Shown here piece after piece: positions 61,114 to 64,000 of a DNA stretch of 64,000 nt (its first letter is position 1; every line of letters starts with the position of its first letter). The stretch is from a virus (taxonomy: Duplodnaviria > Caudoviricetes), in IMG/VR virus record IMGVR_UViG_3300042276_000119, positions 11,284 through 75,283 of that record. One strand, 5' to 3'. The position numbers were made by a program, and so were the translations under genes. Under the pieces are notes generated by a model. The model saw only the letters and a list, made by a program, of their open reading frames with translations, made no database searches and had not been told where the DNA came from.

Positions 61114-62879
61114 TTCTCATCCTCCGTTACATTGTCACTCTGGGAAGGAGAAGGGGAAGGGGAAGGATCGGAGGAAGGAGAAGAAGGCTGGGGCTCGTCA
61201 TCCTTCTCCCAAAACGGCTTGTACTCCTCCTTGCTCGGGAGCCGGAACCGCTCACCCTCAGGCGTCTGGGGGATGAAGAATCCCTCATCCTCGTCATCCT
61301 CTGAGGAGGCTAGGGCATCCAGCAGCGATACAGCAGGTTCATCATCGTCCTCGTCAGGGTCGTAACCATGCAAGTCAGACGGCCGCACCACCTCAGGATC
61401 GTTACGGTTCTCGATCCGCTTGATCTCCCTGTCGGAGAGGGGGTTGGTGGCGTAGTTATTCGGTGCACCTATGATCATCTCGTAGAAAGCCGACAGCTCC
61501 TCGACCGGCTCCTCTCCACGCTGAATCTTGTCAGGGTCTATGCCAATGAGCCTGTCCGCCACTGCCTTCATATCGCAGTACCGGGATGCTTTGCTTGATG
61601 ACAGTGTATTGGTGAAGTGTGCATACGGGCGGTAAAACGCCTCGTCATACACCGGCAAGCTGATATTGCTGAACTCACAGATGTTTCGCTTCACCGACAT
61701 CACTGTATGGTCAGTCGCAAACCTTCTCCGGTACACAACCGCTGCCTCCATCACCCACAGCAGTAGGCAGTGGAGGGGAACGTGGTAATACAGTGCAATG
61801 GCCAACAACTGCGTGTCCGTCCACTTCAGGTTCACCTCGGAGGCTATGGCGTAGCAGAACAGATCGTTAAGCAGGATTTCGTCTACTGTGTCGAACACAC
61901 TAGGAGAAGACGCAAGGTAGTTCGCTCGGTACTTCCGTGCCTCGTCGTAACGCCGTTTAAGTTCAGGGGTGAACGTGGCCTGCACCGTACAGGGGAATGG
62001 ACCAGAACGTAGTCGGGCCGAAAAATCCTGCTGCAGCGATGCGATGTCGAATCTACCAAACTGGAACAGTTCGTCTGGCAAGCTCTTCGCCTTGTAGTGG
62101 GACGTACCATATTCCCAGTGAAGGTTGGATGAACTGCCGAATGCTAGTGCAGTGAGTCTAGCCGCCTTCTCTGCAAGCACCTTCTTGGGCACGAGATTTG
62201 CCCCCTCATTCTGCAGAGTTGCGCTTCCAATGTGGTGATTCTTCATCGAGTAAAGCGTGGTAGTAGATGCTGCTTTTCGCCATGCACCTATCTGGGCCGG
62301 AGCGCCAGGATCGCCCTTGAACTTATCTGCGTATTTCTCCAGCAGAAACTTTGAGAATCCGCTTACCCACTTAGGTGTAGAACCTGCCAACAGATCGTAA
62401 GGGGATACAGACCTGTCCCAGGCACCCATCTCGTGCAGCTTTTCATAACTAGGGTATATGTGGGCGAGAGGGTAGATCACCTTCTCTTTCAGCTCAGGTT
62501 TAGCCAGCAGAATAGGTACCCACCTGTCCATGATCTGCGAGAAAATGGGGTCAGGGCCAAATCGGCAATCCGACTGCATCCAGAACTCGGTCAATGCTTC
62601 AGCCACCTTATCCCACAGCGGCCACACTCCGTACTCGTGACTTGAATTGGGTCTCGCGGGGTCAAGTCCTGTAGAAGCGTAGGTGTCGAGAAACTTCACC
62701 AGCTTCGACGCGCTGGGAGTGTGGCCCTGATAGGCCATGCGGTAGAGGCTCGACCGGGACAGGTGCCACTCCATGTGGCTCAGGTCATTCAGTGCGTGAT
62801 GAGCCATGTCGGCAATGAAGCTGCCGGATAGTACATAGATGTTTTGGTGTCGTGAAGTGGGTTGGTCGTGATTGGTCAT
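61110..62879 (-). CDS. 589-aa orphan with possible N-terminal HTH and acidic/Pro-Ser tail
   Basis: First gene of the leftward arm, with promoter and ACCAAAGGACC leader. LSRSSLYR...G.TPS..KL.KF resembles an XRE-type HTH. Confidence 0.75.
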   Translation of the reverse strand: MTNHDQPTSRHQNIYVLSGSFIADMAHHALNDLSHMEWHLSRSSLYRMAYQGHTPSASKLVKFLDTYASTGLDPARPNSSHEYGVWPLWDKVAEALTEFWMQSDCRFGPDPIFSQIMDRWVPILLAKPELKEKVIYPLAHIYPSYEKLHEMGAWDRSVSPYDLLAGSTPKWVSGFSKFLLEKYADKFKGDPGAPAQIGAWRKAASTTTLYSMKNHHIGSATLQNEGANLVPKKVLAEKAARLTALAFGSSSNLHWEYGTSHYKAKSLPDELFQFGRFDIASLQQDFSARLRSGPFPCTVQATFTPELKRRYDEARKYRANYLASSPSVFDTVDEILLNDLFCYAIASEVNLKWTDTQLLAIALYYHVPLHCLLLWVMEAAVVYRRRFATDHTVMSVKRNICEFSNISLPVYDEAFYRPYAHFTNTLSSSKASRYCDMKAVADRLIGIDPDKIQRGEEPVEELSAFYEMIIGAPNNYATNPLSDREIKRIENRNDPEVVRPSDLHGYDPDEDDDEPAVSLLDALASSEDDEDEGFFIPQTPEGERFRLPSKEEYKPFWEKDDEPQPSSPSSDPSPSPSPSQSDNVTEDEK

Positions 62880-62926
62880 TTTGAGGTCCTTTGGTATGGG
62901 TGGTCTGAGGGTGTAACAGAGGTGCC

Positions 62927-62956
62927 AAATGTACCTTTGTACATCGTGGTTGTAAA
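62927..62956 (-). promoter_or_regulatory. sigma70-like promoter with operator variant
   Basis: TTTACA-17-TACATT. The spacer and -10 form ATGTACAAAGGTACATT. Confidence 0.6.
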
Positions 62957-63813
62957 TACCCTCTTCAGGTTATGTTGAAAGTGAGGACTGCTTAGGTTAG
63001 TGAGTACACTTGTAAATTTATGGACTAGGTTAATGTATGTAGGACATTAGTTAGGCAGGAACTGGATCACGCCTGTTGTTGATAGGTATTCTTATTAAGG
63101 CTATGAGGGTTGTACAGATTTTGGAAAAACGAAAGAATGCGGCTTCCAAAGGTATTTGAATAGAGTTGAAAGATTCGTGGAAATCCACAATTGTCTCAAG
63201 CCAGTTTGGTATTTTAGTAGTGTATTCGATAGTTTGACTAATGCTCAGTTTGATTGTAAGTCTACCAGTTGTGCTAGCAGATCGTGGTCGGTGCCAGTAA
63301 CCACGCAGGATACATGACGGTTTGGGCGTGCTTGCGGGCTTGTTTGAGGCTTTCAGTGTCAGAATATGGACAAAAAACTGCGAAAATTCACGTCTGGGGC
63401 AGACGGTGAGCGCGAGGGGCAAAAGTGCCATCTTGTGAAAGATTTTCTGGACTGGAGGCCCCACAGATATCCAGTCGGTGCAACTCCAAAGAGTTATGAG
63501 CGATTCTGAGACAGACCCCTATAATATAATATAAAAATATTTTTCTTCTTATATTTATATATACCTATAGGGACCCCCCTCTCACCCTCTTTGCCCTTTA
63601 CCTACTGCCACTTCGTTCAACCCGCTGCAACCTACTGACCTTCTTCTCTGTTTTTACCCCGCTGCGCTATGCACCACTGCAGCGAACGGTCAGGGCGGGT
63701 CAGGCGGAGGTCAGCGGCCAGCCAGCTCAGGCATCATGCGGCCTGCAGCCAGATTCGCTGGGCCACCTATAGAGGTTATTGGCCTTGGTTTGGGGGCTAG
63801 ATGGAGACGGAAA

Positions 63814-63957
63814 GGGTACCCACATTATGGGTACCCTGAGATCAGCCTGATATGCACGCCGTGCATATCAGGTCCGGAGCGGGTACCCATAATGTGGGTA
63901 CAGGCACGAAAACGGGGCCAAAAAGCATCAAAAAGGGTACGCACATTAGCCGTACCC
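63814..63957. repeat. nested palindrome with three GGGTAC..CACATTA..GTACCC boxes
   Basis: Central CCTGATATGCACG-C-CGTGCATATCAGG (63846-63872), flanked by perfect 21-bp inverted arms (63816-63836 and 63881-63901). Third degenerate box at 63935-63957. Confidence 0.9.
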
Positions 63958-64000
63958 TTGGCGGAAACCCAGCAACCATGCGGGTTACAGCAAGGGGGGG

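Noticed and set aside
61110-62879. Protelomerase, given its size, acidic tail and the nearby palindrome
   Set aside because: No recognisable tyrosine-recombinase-like catalytic motifs (such as TGRR..E). The palindrome also has an odd-length centre, unlike N15 telRL.
63051-63464. 137-aa minus-strand ORF in the right-end region
   Set aside because: No convincing RBS or leader motif and atypical composition. Probably non-coding, though not excluded.

Overview
This window is about 64 kb of a tailed dsDNA phage (siphovirus-like), probably infecting a Gram-negative host. It starts inside the late operon. On the + strand (1-21.9 kb) lie the tail tube, the chaperone with a -1 frameshift, a 2688-aa tape measure protein, tail tip, fibres and accessory fibre proteins. 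A convergent terminator follows. On the - strand (22-63 kb) lie nucleotide metabolism (dNMP kinase, ThyA, dimeric dUTPase), SbcCD-like nuclease, ATP-dependent ligase, a resolvase-like nuclease, a full Pol I-like polymerase, two tRNAs, an SSB-like protein, SNF2 helicase, primase-helicase, Dda-like helicase, holin and M15 endolysin, an RHH protein, a serine resolvase, an inserted TnpB-only IS200/IS605 element and about 25 small early genes. The window ends in a non-coding, palindrome-rich kilobase. The most unusual signals are: (1) an HNH-type endonuclease embedded in frame in ThyA with no intein or intron hallmarks; (2) a TGTRCAAATGTACA motif at about 16 sites, overlapping sigma70-like promoters; (3) an ACCAAAAG(G)ACC leader before about 20 early/middle start codons, sometimes preceded by a conserved hairpin; (4) two tRNAs that both swap the G19-C56 elbow pair for A19-U56; (5) a free-standing peptide ending in an NrdA-like redox tail; (6) a nested palindrome near the right end. 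All family calls come from motif recognition by eye. No database search was run and motif counts are manual.
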